A stretch of 63,765 nucleotides of DNA, counting the filler, from Octopus bimaculoides (Eukaryota), in assembly GCF_001194135.2 (NCBI RefSeq). It is 6 parts of 6 records of this genome, joined end to end, with 100 filler letters (N's around TTAATTAATTAA, not from the genome) between each part and the next. Parts side by side here need not be neighbours in the genome. Positions count along the whole stretch, not along the records: positions 1 to 20,897 come from NC_069002.1; 5 more parts are not named here. One strand, 5' to 3'. This document shows, one piece after another, positions 1 through 15,203 of the stretch. Position 1 is the first letter of the stretch, and every line of letters starts with the position of its first letter. A program made the position numbers and the translations under genes. The notes beneath the pieces are model-generated. The model made no database searches, was not told the origin of the DNA, and saw only the letters and a program-made list of their open reading frames with translations.

Positions 1-42
<42 letters not shown>

Positions 43-495
43 GCACACGCACGCACACACGTCTCTCTCCCCCTCTCTCGCTCCCTCCTCTCTTTCTCTA
101 TCTCCATCCTCTCTCTGTAATGTTTGGTGTCATGCTTTTTCTCTACTTTTTAAAAACAGAAATTCAGTTAAGCCTATTCCTCCTCTTTCATAAACGGTAT
201 GAATCGAAACAACAGGTACCTTACGTTAATCGCATTTATCTTCATTGTGCAATTCTATGATTTCTGATTTTCTCTATTTACATTTCTAAATATCTACAAG
301 CGCATTCTTTTGCGTTCTTTTGCATCAAAGTTAAGAATAAACATACGTAAGATAAGGAATTTGTGTGCCTAACACTATGTGATCTTCTCTAAGGAGCTAG
401 AGAGATTGCATTGAATATTAATATTTGGAATACTGAAAATTTTATTCATCCAAATGCTGATTGCAGACAAATGGTGCAAGCAGAGTGTACAGATC

Positions 496-528
<33 letters not shown>

Positions 529-2883
529 TGTATGTATGCATTTATGTATTACGTACGTCCATACATATGTGTGCATGTATGTATATGTTAGCGGAGAGAG
601 CAAGAAAGTGAGTTGAAGATAGTGTGTTAGACATGGAGAACTTTTTCTAGATACACAAACACATATATGTAAACATATATACATACGAAAATAGTTGCAT
701 GTTTGTGTGTGTGTGTGTCTGTCTGTCTGTCTATCTGTGTCTGTGTCTGTGAGAGCGTGTCATGTATGAGTGTGTGCCCGTCGTGTTCCCGTGTGTGTGT
801 GTGTGCAAACACATGCAATAAACGTAAGAAGAAAAATGATAGAGTCCACAAGTACACATGAAGTTATGCTTTGAATGAGAGGCTAGATTCCTAATCAACG
901 AACACAGTATCGTACACATTGGCTCAGCGTTGTGGGACGGGAAAATAAAACTTGCTGACAAACACTACTGCTTAAACATTTATATATTCTCATACAGAGA
1001 CACACGTACATGTACCGATGCACACACAAAAAATACAGCCAAAGGAAAAAGGAGTAAATTAAGATGTTTCACAAGTTGAATAAACAAACACAATACAGAT
1101 ACATGAATACACAGTTTCGCATAACATTTCTCTCCAAGGATTCATAGAGCAAACGTGATACATTTACACAAACTTACACATATAATAATGTATTTCTATG
1201 TTTCTTTGTCTATATGCCTGTTTATATACACAAACAAACAAAAACAAACCCTCACACACACACACACATACATGTATTTGTTGGTACATGTTTACAAATA
1301 GTTTTAGATGCATGTGTATAATTTACATGTGTATATGCGTGCGTATGTAAGACATCTCTCTAAGTATATAGACAGAAGGACAAACATGGAAGCAATACAA
1401 TAGCTTAGAATAAATAAAGAAGCAACATTTGTACATACATACAGACACGCATGCCATATACATATACACATATATACATATGTATATACAAATATATATA
1501 TATATACAAATATATACATACAAATGTATATACAAATATATACATATATATGCATATATGTATATGTATATATAGATAGATAGATATAGATATAGCTATA
1601 TAAGTCAGTGTGTGTGTATATTTGTGTGTGAGTGTGTGTGCATGTATATATTGTTTGTCCATGTTTATAGATGTTCCCGTATGTATTACTACATCGTGTG
1701 TATTGTTTATAGTAATTTCACCTGTGTTTGTGCATGTGTGTATATATTTATATATGCATATATATATACAGGCGTGTAGATGTGAATATATATATATATA
1801 TATGTATATANNNNNNNNNNNNNNNNNNNNNNNNNNNNNNNNNNNNNNNNNNNNNNNNNNNNNNNNNNNNNNNNNNNNNNNNNNNNNNNNNNNNNNNNNN
1901 NNNNNNNNTATATATATATATATATATATATATGCATGTATACACACATATATACTGGTACATGTATATAGTTACACATGCATGTAGTCGTGGGCACATG
2001 TAGTACATATATTTAAATAGCGCAAACTATTTGGGAGACACAACGTTATGAAATTATACGAAATAGATTTAAAAACGAAAAAAATCTTATTTGGCCCGAA
2101 AAAACACCAAGCGTGAAACTGCAAAAACAACCATTAAGAAGAAATGTAAAGTGTATGTGTCTCCTTTTCGGGTATTAGTATATTGAATGTGTCTGTGCAT
2201 TGTTTTTTATTATGTTTATGTATAGGTTTTTTTTCTGTGTCGCGTGTTATTACATTCTCAATGTTTACTTAGGCCAAATATTTTATGAAAGTATAATATA
2301 GACACATGTATCAACACTCGTGCTGAACGATGTATACACACACTTAAACACACACATACACACACTTAAACACACACATACACACATCACACACGCACAT
2401 ACATAATCTCTCTTTCTCAATCTCTCTTTCTGTCATAAAGACACAAACTTTAAAACACAGTAATAAATAAGTGCATAGGTACTAACACATAAACACACAC
2501 ACGCACGTCAATATAGTTTCATATTAACTCGGCTGCACACTCTCGGAAGGATTGAATCGACATTCAAGTACATGGCTCTTGATTTACTCTCAAGCACGTG
2601 ATCACATTCGCAGCACTTTCTATTTAAATTCTAGGTATAAGCACAAAGGTTTTTCTTAGAACATCAACCAGAGTAACGCCTGGTGACACCTCAAATGTTG
2701 CAGCGTCTTGGGCGTAAGGAAACTACACAAACACACAGAAATATATATAGACAGAGATAAATAGATATAAAGTTACAGCAATGTTCTTAATTATGCACGA
2801 TAGACAAAGAGTCATGTTTATATATCACCACACACGTTTACATGTGCACACATATATGTATGTGTGTGTACACGCACACACAG

Positions 2884-2978
<95 letters not shown>

Positions 2979-3499
2979 CATACATGAAGACATACATACA
3001 TATATACATGAACACATGTATATATACATATATGCATACATCGACATACAGATAGGCTCGCGCGCGGCCAAACACAGTCTGAGATATACACACACATCAT
3101 AAACACATGTATACAAGCAGAGACACAAATCAACACAAACCGGTATATGAGAGAGAAATTAAAGTAGAGCGAAAACCAAATGATAACTATGTGGGTTTTT
3201 TTTTATCTATCTTTTTTCTTTATATCATTCATCTCTCTGACCAATTCCTGATTAGATTTTCTGCTTTGAGTCTGTCGGTTTCATTGCAAAGTTAACACGC
3301 GGAACAAATATATTACGCTCCCGCCTTATCAAATACCTCTGCTTCAGTTATGATAAAATCACGACCACCACCACCTTCGTCGACAACATCGCCGTCTTTA
3401 CTACTTCCGTCGTCATATTCAAAATCATCATTCTTATCCGCGTCATCATAATCATCATCATTAACAGTGGTAATTACTTATATCATTATTCTTCTTCAT

Positions 3500-3541
3500 C
3501 ATCATCATTATCATCCACATCCTCATCATCATCACCATCTC

Positions 3542-3612
<71 letters not shown>
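3500..3612. repeat. (CAT)n to (TAT)n trinucleotide microsatellite
   Basis: Direct reading. Confidence 0.95.
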
Positions 3613-3613
<1 letters not shown>

Positions 3614-3614
3614 C

Positions 3615-3825
3615 AAGCAGAATCTGGCAGAATCGTTAGCACGCTGGACGAAATGCTTAGCGGTATTTAATCCTCGCTACGTTTTGAGTTCAAATTCTGC
3701 GGAGATCGACTTTACCTTTCATCCTTTCCGGGTCGATCAATTAAGTACCTGTTGACCACTGGGGTCGATCTAATCGACCAATCCCTTCCTCAAAATTTCA
3801 GGCCTTGTGCTTATAGTAGAAAGGA
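3615..3825 (+). mobile_element. SINE family A (tRNA-like head; central GCCTTTCATCCTTTCGGGGTCGAT block reminiscent of the MetaSINE domain)
   Basis: ctggcagaatcgttagc...gagttcaaattc...cctttcatccttt...ggccttgtgc; embedded in (TAT)n/(TAA)n. Confidence 0.85.
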
Positions 3826-3830
3826 TAATA

Positions 3831-3897
<67 letters not shown>

Positions 3898-4439
3898 GTA
3901 ATAATAATACTTAAGACGTCACACAGTATCCAATACCGTGGTGTTGTTAGTTGACGATATTGTGTCTACCGGGGGTTTGTACTGTTTGTCAGGTCATAAC
4001 AAGTTTATCAAGTCACAACTAGTTTCGCATAACATTTCTTAGAATCGAAACCCCGCTCTAATGATCGGGAGTGGAACAACTTAACCTGTCAACGCGCCTT
4101 CACCTATATCCAATTTGGAAATGCCACCTCCGTATGGAGAATCATATCCTACACTAAATTCCAGTAAATACTGCACTTTTTTCTTGTATTTGACGTCATT
4201 TGAAACGGTAAGGCATGCAAACGTCAACTTGAAGTTGGTCACAAATACAACTTTCTCTGACCAGTTTCTGCGCAACAAACGACCGTATTCTTTTCCGCCT
4301 TACATTCTACGCGAACTCAACGGATTTCTAAATCAGATTGTCATGTAAGAGGAAGCGCATTTCAATAAGAACATTTGTTCTAAAGCTCTAATAGTTTCCA
4401 TGATGATAACACCATCCCTCACAAAGTCTATTTCAATTG

Positions 4440-4772
4440 TTATTCCTCTTAAAACGTGATATAATCATCATAAATACACAGATAGGGAAACAAAATGCCT
4501 TGAAGGAGATAGAACAAAGCTCTCGAAACATGTTTAACTTTTCGTGATGATTCAGAGACCGTTTGTGTCTCCTTGATTTCGTGTTAAGTCTCATTCTCGT
4601 GAATTTTAATTCTGAACAATAGTCTTGGCTTCGTAGTAGAGAGTAGATACCTTCTGTGCGTGGGCTCGAAACGTAAAACACTTTTTCACTTTCCCGAACG
4701 TCAAACTAATACACCTGCTTGTCGTTCATACACCTGTCTTCGTCTTTTGAATTTCTGTAAATTTCAACTATA
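4440..4772 (+). mobile_element. Probable Penelope-like 3' remnant plus short terminal repeat
   Basis: YNHHKY...RTKLSKHV resembles the post-GIY-YIG segment of PLEs. 4650-4772 is a reverse-complement relative of 51661-51790. Confidence 0.5.
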
Positions 4773-4832
4773 TATATATGGAGAGAGATAGAGAGACAGA
4801 GAGAGAAATATGTATACATATACTTATGTAGA

Positions 4833-4895
<63 letters not shown>

Positions 4896-5149
4896 TATAC
4901 ATTCATATGTATATGCGTGTGATCGTCTCCAAGACTAAAGTAACCATTGAGATATTAATGCTTTCCCAAGACTATTTTGTCTATTATCTTGTGAACTCAA
5001 TTTATATTGTGATTAGATCTGCAACAGTCACAGTCGATAATTATCTGCAATGGCACAGTTTGCACAATAAATATATTTCGTTTTTCTGCGTCTCTACATT
5101 TGTATAACCTATTCTCGCATCTCCTCACCTATCTATTTAACAGAGATAA

Positions 5150-5195
<46 letters not shown>

Positions 5196-6741
5196 GGGGC
5201 TTGCGAAAGACGTAGATAGACGTACAATAACACACTGACTTACATATATATGTTGGTATATGCGCATACATACATACATATATATATATATATNNNNNNN
5301 NNNNNNNNNNNNNNNNNNNNNNNNNNNNNNNNNNNNNNNNNNNNNNNNNNNNNNNNNNNNNNNNNNNNNNNNNNNNNNNNNNNNNNNNNNNNNNNNNNNN
5401 NNNNNNNNNNNNNNNNNNNNNNNNNNNNNNNNNNNNNNNNNNNNNNNNNNNNNNNNNNNNNNNNNNNNNNNNNNNNNNNNNNNNNNNNNNNNNNNNNNNN
5501 NNNNNNNNNNNNNNNNNNNNNNNNNNNNNNNNNNNNNNNNNNNNNNNNNNNNNNNNNNNNNNNNNNNNNNNNNNNNNNNNNNNNNNNNNNNNNNNNNNNN
5601 NNNNNNNNNNNNNNNNNNNNNNNNNNNNNNNNNNNNNNNNNNNNNNNNNNNNNNNNNNNNNNNNNNNNNNNNNNNNNNNNNNNNNNNNNNNNNNNNNNNN
5701 NNNNNNNNNNNNNNNNNNNNNNNNNNNNNNNNNNNNNNNNNNNNNNNNNNNNNNNNNNNNNNNNNNNNNNNNNNNNNNNNNNNNNNNNNNNNNNNNNNNN
5801 NNNNNNNNNNNNNNNNNNNNNNNATATGTGTGTGTATATTATGTAGCTACCGTGGTCTTTAACGAGTGTCTGGACAAATTTTCGTCTGAGATACCAGATG
5901 AATCCAGATCGCGACAAGCGAAACACAGAAAGCAGCTCCGTCCACCTCACAACTTCACCAAAAGCAGTACAAAAGGGAAATTCAAACACACTGAAAGAGT
6001 GTACTCGAGCATGGCCTCAGCCTTTGGCTGAAACTAACACTAGTAGGAAAAAAAGACAGACAGATAATATCTAGATGCATTAACACATATGTTTCTATAT
6101 TCGTATGTATACCACAACATACAATGACATCACTTCACACCCCTCGAACCTTATGTGTTATAAATACAAGAAAAGCAAACAACAACAAAAAATATGACGT
6201 TTCTCTGACAGTTGTATTAAACCATTGGGTAGAGAAGAAATATAAATGTTTGCCATTTTGATATTTATTAAATAACTTTTAAAAGTGCATTTTCATAATC
6301 CAATCAATTTTACTTCACAAAAGCTACACTTTCTTATTTTCATTATCAGTCTGTTCTTATTTTATCTGCAATATCAGGAGCCTCTTAGCTTATATATTGT
6401 ATCATGTTGTTGATTTGTTGAATGTGTATATTGTTATTCCTAGCGACCTGATTGTATAAACATATATGTGAGTCTCTCGAGATGTGTAACAGTATATGGC
6501 TGTGAAGATGTGTTTATACGTGTATATGTGTATGCAGATGTATACACACATAGCACACACACACACACACATGCATTTGTGCATGAATATAAACCTTTGT
6601 TCTGTCGTAGCCGCAGTCTTTAGCTTGACAAAAATAAAAGAGAAATAATGAATATCAACCTATCCAACCATCTACATCCATCCATCCAAACATCCGTCTA
6701 TATATCTATTTATCTATCTATCCAATTATGCCAACTTCCAA

Positions 6742-6772
<31 letters not shown>

Positions 6773-6832
6773 CGCACACACACAGAGATATTCGTGTGTG
6801 TATGTGTGCATGTTCATATAGGTACATTTATA

Positions 6833-6919
<87 letters not shown>

Positions 6920-7355
6920 GTATATGTGTGTGTATATCTGCGTGTGAGATTATACGTTATGTACATATATATCTGTGTATATGTTTAAACAGAGAGACAG
7001 AGAGAGGGGGAAAGAGTGATTAAGTGAGAGAGTCAGTTGCCGTCTTGATATTACTGTAGCACAATTTCATATAAAGGTCATTATTAAATTCTTAAAAAAA
7101 TACTGAATATTTGAAAGAACACATTCTTGTAAAATGAACAATTTTCCTGAGTGTATACGTGATAATTTTTTTTTGAAGTATCCCGTGATAAGAAAGGTAA
7201 AACAAACAGCCAGACGCACACATGTACACACATATATAGCTGTTCCTGAGTGTATGTATATATGAAGGTGAGTACATGTATATATATATAAACTAATACA
7301 TTTATGTGTTATTTAGGTTATTTATGTGTTATATATATATATATGCATATATATT

Positions 7356-7406
<51 letters not shown>

Positions 7407-7447
7407 NNNNNNNNNNGATAGATAAATAGATAGACAGGTAGAGAAAC

Positions 7448-7556
<109 letters not shown>

Positions 7557-7824
7557 CATGTAAGATCCAAAGAACGAGGTGTAGGAAGAAAGTGAGTCGG
7601 GCGGAACATCGGAAGTGGCAAATATCCAAGTGAGGTGTATACAACAGGCTAATCTTCAGGCAAAGGATATCTCAATAAAATGGAAGTTTACATTGTCGTT
7701 AGGTGGCCAATGTTAACATAGGGGGGATCGATGTATATATCTGTGTGCGTGTATGTGTGTATATATGAGTGTGTGCATGTGTGTGTGCATGAGTATGTGT
7801 AATTGTTTTTGTGCACGTGCCCTC

Positions 7825-7968
7825 CCAGCGCTCGATAACCGGTCTTTATTTGTTTACGTCTCAGTACCTTGGGACTTCAAAAAGTAGAGCTAGAGTCGAT
7901 TTTCGGTAAAAATTCTTGAAACAAGTGCACCAGCATGGCCACTGTCCAATGACTGAAAGGAGTAAAAT
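7825..7968 (+). mobile_element. SINE family B right arm/tail, diverged
   Basis: gtgcaccagcatggccactgtccaatgactgaaa. Confidence 0.55.
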
Positions 7969-8512
7969 GTAGGTGATGTAAGATTGAAAGAGGATACAAG
8001 CTCGTCACATGGATTTCACATCGTCTTCAAATAATACTCCCTTGTTACATTGTATCAAGTCAATTTTGTCCGAAAATAAATGTGAAGTCTGCAGAATACT
8101 CAACCGCATAATGCTAATTTTAAAAACTTTTGAAAGCTCATTTGCCCAAACGGACCGGATGTTAAGACAGGAATCCAGTTTATTAATAGCAAATCTCTTT
8201 TCCTATGCATTTTTATTCCTTTACTCGTCTCATTTTTCCGGATCTCGTTCAGAGAATTTATGAAGTTCCATAAAATATTACGAACGAAATAAATGAATTA
8301 ATGCATCCATTCGGTATGGACATGTGATACAATTTATGGATTTCATTTCCCATAATAAATTGTTTTTATAGCTCATATTTCTCTATAGTGTAGGCTATCT
8401 TTCGACTGAAAAATTATTATAGGATTTCAGTTATCTCTTCAGATTTCGCACCCTCATTAAAGTCGGCGATATTTATGTGACGGTTTTAGCGAAAGAGTTT
8501 CTGTTGAGTAGG

Positions 8513-8559
<47 letters not shown>

Positions 8560-11500
8560 TATATTATGTATATGTATTTATGTTATATTAGCTACATATT
8601 ATATATATATGTATGTATGTATATATTCTTTAGATATTATACATACATACATACATACATACATACATACATGCATACATACATGATTTAGCATGAACGT
8701 TACCAGTCAGTTTTCAATTGTCGAGTAACTTTGAAAATATTCTGTCGCCATGATGGTAATTTGCTATGCCAAATATATAGGTTCTTATGTCAAATGATGA
8801 AATGAATGCTAATTATCAAATGATAGTTACTTATTTCCTTGGAATATAATACTAAACATTTTTCATTTGTATAACTCATTCCATAACCTTTTTTTTTTCG
8901 CTCATCTCCACTTTCTGCCAACAAGTCTATGTTTAATTAACCTGCTTCTGTTATCCTCTCTCTGTGTATCCCTTTTTTGCCCTTTCTTTCTCTGTATAGT
9001 AAAATGGATAACTGAAAATTCAAACAACCCACTCCATTTGTGACTCCTTTCAAAATTATGATCTGTGTGTCCGCACTCCATTAGCACACTCCTTTAAGTA
9101 GTACAATCCCGTCCATTATTTCAGCTTCGTGGTACTGTTCACTTTCTTCCTAACAGTCGCAAACGCTTCTTGATATGTGCTGCGCATTGCCTTCTCTCCA
9201 GGCAATCATGACGAAGGAATGAAAAAAGAATATATGTTTGTCGAAATGTTGAGGATGTTGATCATATAAAAATTAATTGCAAATATATCATCCGAATAGT
9301 CGGTAAAATTCCTTTGTGTGACCCTCTATTCTGTTTTTATCTATTATCATATATTTCATACTCGTTTCAGTCATTGGACAGTGGCCATTATGGAGCAGTA
9401 ATTTGAAGAGTTTTCCACGAAAATTCGACTCCAGGACTATATTTTGAAATCTAGTATTTATTCGTTGACGAACAGCTATAAACAAAAACAAATTAACGCC
9501 GGTTATTAAGTGGTGAGGCGGGTGCAAGTAGAATGCTAAATACGCATACACACACTTCTACAGACACACCCAAACACACATGCATAGCAATTCACAAACT
9601 CATACACACACATGTCAAACCTGGAAGCTTTTCCTGTTGTAATCCCAGAGCTGCGATGGGTACGAATTACCTGAAGAACTAATCAATCAATGCAGTTCTT
9701 AAATTCGCCCGAGATGCAATCATGAATGTGGATTAAACTTACCAGAAATACAAGATGTATGTAACTCTTCTGAAGAAGCTTTAAACTTTTGATCGGCAAC
9801 TATCCAAAAGTTTTCATGAAGATGCTACTTACCATTCGGACATGATGGCGGTGATTAAATAATGCCAGTCGTTCGAAAGATAATCTTGGAATAAATCTAG
9901 ACAATGTCATGATTATTGAATGCATACATACCTAGTAGGCCAAGGAATATTGGTAAACTGTTCACATTGAAGATGGAAACATAACACGCCTTTTGGTGTT
10001 ATATGGAAGAGAAGAGACAAATCATATATGGCTACAGAAATCAGTTGTTCTGCAGAGGGTAAACATGTTTTCAAACGAAAAGTGGCAAGAAGGAGAATAA
10101 TTACATATATTTGCTTCGAAACATGTAGTTTATCTATCGTGATTATATATTCATGTTCATACAAAAAATATTGATACACTTCGTTATGTTTGTCAATATC
10201 TAATCGGAAAATGCTACAATCTTGACATAAAGAAAATAATCAGCTACAATGCAACATACAGGCAGTTAAGAAAAGATAGCAGCCATAGTTTCCACAAGAG
10301 AATTAAGCCCTTCACAGCAAAAGTAGGGATACATAAAAGGCGATCTGACATTTGCTAGTGCAAGGTTCATTCCATCTGTACATTTCACTGTAATGTAGGT
10401 TATATATTTTGTATCTGATTTAAGGAAAGGTGTCATGCTTTGAATACAGCCACTTCAAAAACTTGCATATAAAAGCCCACAGTATATGCAGCATACGATG
10501 TATCAGAGGACCAGCTGAGCTGCAATATATATTGTTTGTCTTGATTAAGTAATATAGATTAAAAAGGAAACAAAAGTGAAAGCGAGGATGATCGATGAAA
10601 AAATACAAAAAGGCTGGTAACTCCTTGACTATTTTCATATAAACGTGCGCAGTTGTCTTGTACTGTATTTCATTAATTTCCTTCGAAATGGTAACCTAAC
10701 CTAACCACTGGATACAGGTCAGTGGATACAGGAAGCGTAACATTATTTCAAACATTCACACTCACAGCATATATGAATATATGTGTGTAATATGTGTATA
10801 TGTATGTACATATAAATATATACATATATATATATATATATACATACATACATATATACATACATATATATAAGTGCATAACCATTATGTAGATAATATA
10901 TATCATAATGATTTATATTTGTTTAAAAAATATTATTTATGCAGTTATATATATATANNNNNNNNNNNNNNNNNNNNNNNNNNNNNNNNNNNNNNNNNNN
11001 NNNNNNNNNNNNNNNNNNNNNNNNNNNNNNNNNNNNNNNNNNNNNNNNNNNNNNNNNNNNNNNNNNNNNNNNNNNNNNNNNNNNNNNNNNNNNNNNNNNN
11101 NNNNNNNNNNNNNNNNNNNNNNNNNNNNNNNNNNNNNNNNNNNNNNNNNNNNNNNNNNNNNNNNNNNNNNNNNNNNNNNNNNNNNNNNNNNNNNNNNNNN
11201 NNNNNNNNNNNNNNNNNNNNNNNNNNNNNNNNNNNNNNNNNNNNNNNNNNNNNNNNNNNNNNNNNNNNNNNNNNNNNNNNNNNNNNNNNNNNNNNNNNNN
11301 NNNNNNNNNNNNNNNNNNNNNNNNNNNNNNNNNNNNNNNNNNNNNNNNNNNNNNNNNNNNNNNNNNNNNNNNNNNNNNNNNNNNNNNNNNNNNNNNNNNN
11401 NNNNNNNNNNNNNNNNNNNNNNNNNNNNNNNNNNNNNNNNNNNNNNNNNNNNNNNNNNNNNNNNNNNNNNNNNNNNNNNNNNNNNNNNNNNNNNNNNNNN

Positions 11501-11710
11501 NNNNNNNNNNNNNNNACATCGCCTCTGTGGGTGCAGTTAGATGCATTGTTATGAGATTCATTGTGAAAATATCTGCGATTGAGAGACATTAATCTTTTAC
11601 TTTATTTGTGTGTATTGGTGGAATAATATTCGTGTGTTTGCAAGTTTAATACAGTGTTTCCCACACGCAATAAATTTTAGGGAATTATCACCAGATACAC
11701 ACACACACGG

Positions 11711-11768
<58 letters not shown>

Positions 11769-13434
11769 ACACACACAGACAAACAGGCAGGCGCATACAC
11801 AAATACATACTGATATACATACAAACACAAACACATCTGCGCTTACAAAAATCAAACTGGAATATACTGACGCAAAGAGTGTAATTTTATGTAAATATAT
11901 TCCAATATACATTTACACAGATATATACTATTGTATCAGTAAACATGCATATATATTCATATATATGTATCCATACATGTATGCGCATAAACACTTATAT
12001 ATATATATATATGTTCATATATGAGCGTGTGTATCTAAAGCTCTACATGTATATATATATATATAGCTGCATGTGTAAGTCTCGCTACATATTTATTTAA
12101 ATATGCTTTCTATACTGCTTCCGTCATTGTTTTGTGAACACACACGCATACACACACATACACACAACTATATATATATATATANNNNNNNNNNNNNNNN
12201 NNNNNNNNNNNNNNNNNNNNNNNNNNNNNNNNNNNNNNNNNNNNNNNNNNNNNNNNNNNNNNNNNNNNNNNNNNNNNNNNNNNNNNNNNNNNNNNNNNNN
12301 NNNNNNNNNNNNNNNNNNNNNNNNNNNNNNNNNNNNNNNNNNNNNNNNNNNNNNNNNNNNNNNNNNNNNNNNNNNNNNNNNNNNNNNNNNNNNNNNNNNN
12401 NNNNNNNNNNNNNNNNNNNNNNNNNNNNNNNNNNNNNNNNNNNNNNNNNNNNNNNNNNNNNNNNNNNNNNNNNNNNNNNNNNNNNNNNNNNNNNNNNNNN
12501 NNNNNNNNNNNNNNNNNNNNNNNNNNNNNNNNNNNNNNNNNNNNNNNNNNNNNNNNNNNNNNNNNNNNNNNNNNNNNNNNNNNNNNNNNNNNNNNNNNNN
12601 NNNNNNNNNNNNNNNNNNNNNNNNNNNNNNNNNNNNNNNNNNNNNNNNNNNATATATATATATATATACACACAGTAAGCACCTGCACCCAAAAACACAC
12701 GCACGTACATACTCGCATCGTAAATACATATATATACGCAGTTGGGTAATTTCCTATTATCACGTGCAGGGTCATATTCCACTGAATATATCAACATACC
12801 ATTAGAGGAATTACGTGACTTCTTTGCCATACGATCTGCAAACGATATTAGCTCTAAACACTTCGTAAGCACTAGCACTGATAAAATCAATGCATACTCA
12901 TATATACATACATATATACATACATCATATATACATACATCCTTCTCTCTCACACGCACCATTTTGTTTCCCATCTCCCCCTCTCTCTTTCTCTCTATCT
13001 GTATATGTATAGAAATACATACATACATATACATAGATATACACACACGCACACACACACACATATATATATATATATACATATATACCTATACACGAAG
13101 TACGTAATATATTCATGTACATATGTTCATATCGCTGTATGTATACATTTATACGTGTGCATATATTTCCGCGTGCTTGCATCTAAATATCGATATAAAT
13201 ATATACATATATATACATACAGGTATATATTATGTATGCTTGTTCGTATTTATGTATATTTATACACACACACACACACGCTCAGACGCACACATTCACA
13301 TATATTTACTTGTATATGCGTATATTTGATTGCACCAATTCGCATGTGTGTGTAAATAATTAGATGACTCAGTATAGTATAAATCCTAGGGATATATAAA
13401 TACGTAAAGAAGAAATAACGTCAAAATGTATGTT

Positions 13435-13442
13435 TGTGTGTG

Positions 13443-13525
<83 letters not shown>
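13435..13525. repeat. (GT)n microsatellite
   Basis: Direct reading. Confidence 0.95.
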
Positions 13526-13527
<2 letters not shown>

Positions 13528-13699
13528 TTGCATATAAATACTTGAAATAAATTGCATAATCGTAGAAAACGCTTCTGTTTGGTTTCGCAATTTCCATCTT
13601 AAATCATCAATTGCGCGTCTTTAATCATTCTGTCAGCCTTATATCACTTCACTGTCGACCCTATCTGAACCAGAACGCGGCCTACATGAATTTTTGTCA

Positions 13700-13890
13700 A
13701 GCACTGCTGCTGCTGCCACCACTACCATCACCACCACCACTACTACTACCACCACCACCACTACTTCTACTACCACTGCTACTACTACTAGAAGAAGAAG
13801 AAGAAGAAGAAGAAGAAGAAGAAGAAGAAGAAGAAGAAGAAGAAGAAGAAGAAGAATTATAAAACGAATGACGATGATGACGACGATGAC
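13700..13890. repeat. Compound trinucleotide repeat (CTG/CAC/TAC, then (GAA)n, then GAT/GAC)
   Basis: Direct reading. Confidence 0.93.
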
Positions 13891-15203
13891 GTACCAAAAT
13901 TTTAAATCAATGTATGACCCTGTGTGCGTTGAAATAGAACAGTTTTACACTGAATCATACGGATCCTTAAGATGATATTCTGCTGCTAATCTCTCCATAT
14001 TTCAATTTCAACCTCATCAATTTATCAATAAATTTGGCCTGAAGTTCTCTGTTAAATATACGTTGCCATATCTATTACTAGTAGCATCACGTATAAGAGC
14101 AATACATGATGCAAGAGTCCCTCGTTTCTACTCATTTTGGTCTTATTTTCATTATGACATCATTAAAGATAACTGTAATTGGCAAATCGGTTCTGAGCCT
14201 TCATTCCGTTTTAGTTTCAGATGAACATCTTTCATATTCTTACTATAAACAGAAGACGGATTAATTTTCGCAACACACTATCTTTCTTATGCTCCGAAGA
14301 TATACGCTATTTAAATCGACGTTTGAAAAAGGTTTTATATCAAAAAGAAAAGTGATAATCGTACCAATAGTTATGGAAATAACTCTGATTTAGAGATTAA
14401 ATATCTGATTGTCAAAGTATTAGAGAATTCAGTTTCTTTTGATACCTAGAATCAGATAGCGTAGCTGCACAAGAACACAGCAGGTTGTTGATGAAAGAGT
14501 GATAAATATGAAAACGCTAAAGCGATTTGCTAATAAGAAAGCACGATGATGAAAACCGTACCGATTTAATAAACTTCCTCGTGTTTGAACAGTTATGTGA
14601 TTCAGAGAAGCAATCGTTAATTGAACTAAATAAACGACAGGAATTTTAAACGGGGCAGTAAGAAAGTTTATCACTGAAATACGGTGGTATTTCAATCAAG
14701 ATGTAATTTAGCTAGACCTTGTCTTTGTTCGTGTTATATCAGAATCAAAATCGCTATGATGAGCAAATAATTAAGTATTGAAATCAATGTGGTTCATGAT
14801 AAGGTTGCTCTTGTTTGCTTCTTATATAATATACCATGACAGTATCTGTATCCAAAATACATTAGCGCACAATGTTACACTCACGTATCTGAAGTGGTAT
14901 AACAGAATTATGAATTGTGCATTATATATGGTCAAAGAAACATACAGAGAAATATATAACTAAAACTCCATGCCTTACAAATATACATGACATACAGAAA
15001 ATAGCATTGTACACGATCTACGTTAAGCAATTTCAAATCAGTAAAAATAATAGCACCAAAACACACCACGGTACATAACTAAGGCTGACAGACTACTGAA
15101 AGCTTGTGGATACCTAAGGTTAGAGGTAGTAACCCGTTATCCATATTAATTCTACCAGGAATAAGTACGAACCTCAGTCAAATCAATAATAATGAACATA
15201 ATG

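Noticed and set aside
10692-10706. (TAACC)3 telomere-like repeat
   Set aside because: Only three units, and it is the arthropod-type motif; compatible with chance.
13611-13975. Poly-E/poly-R/poly-T/poly-S ORFs
   Set aside because: Trinucleotide microsatellite open in several frames on both strands, with no flanking domain or splice context.
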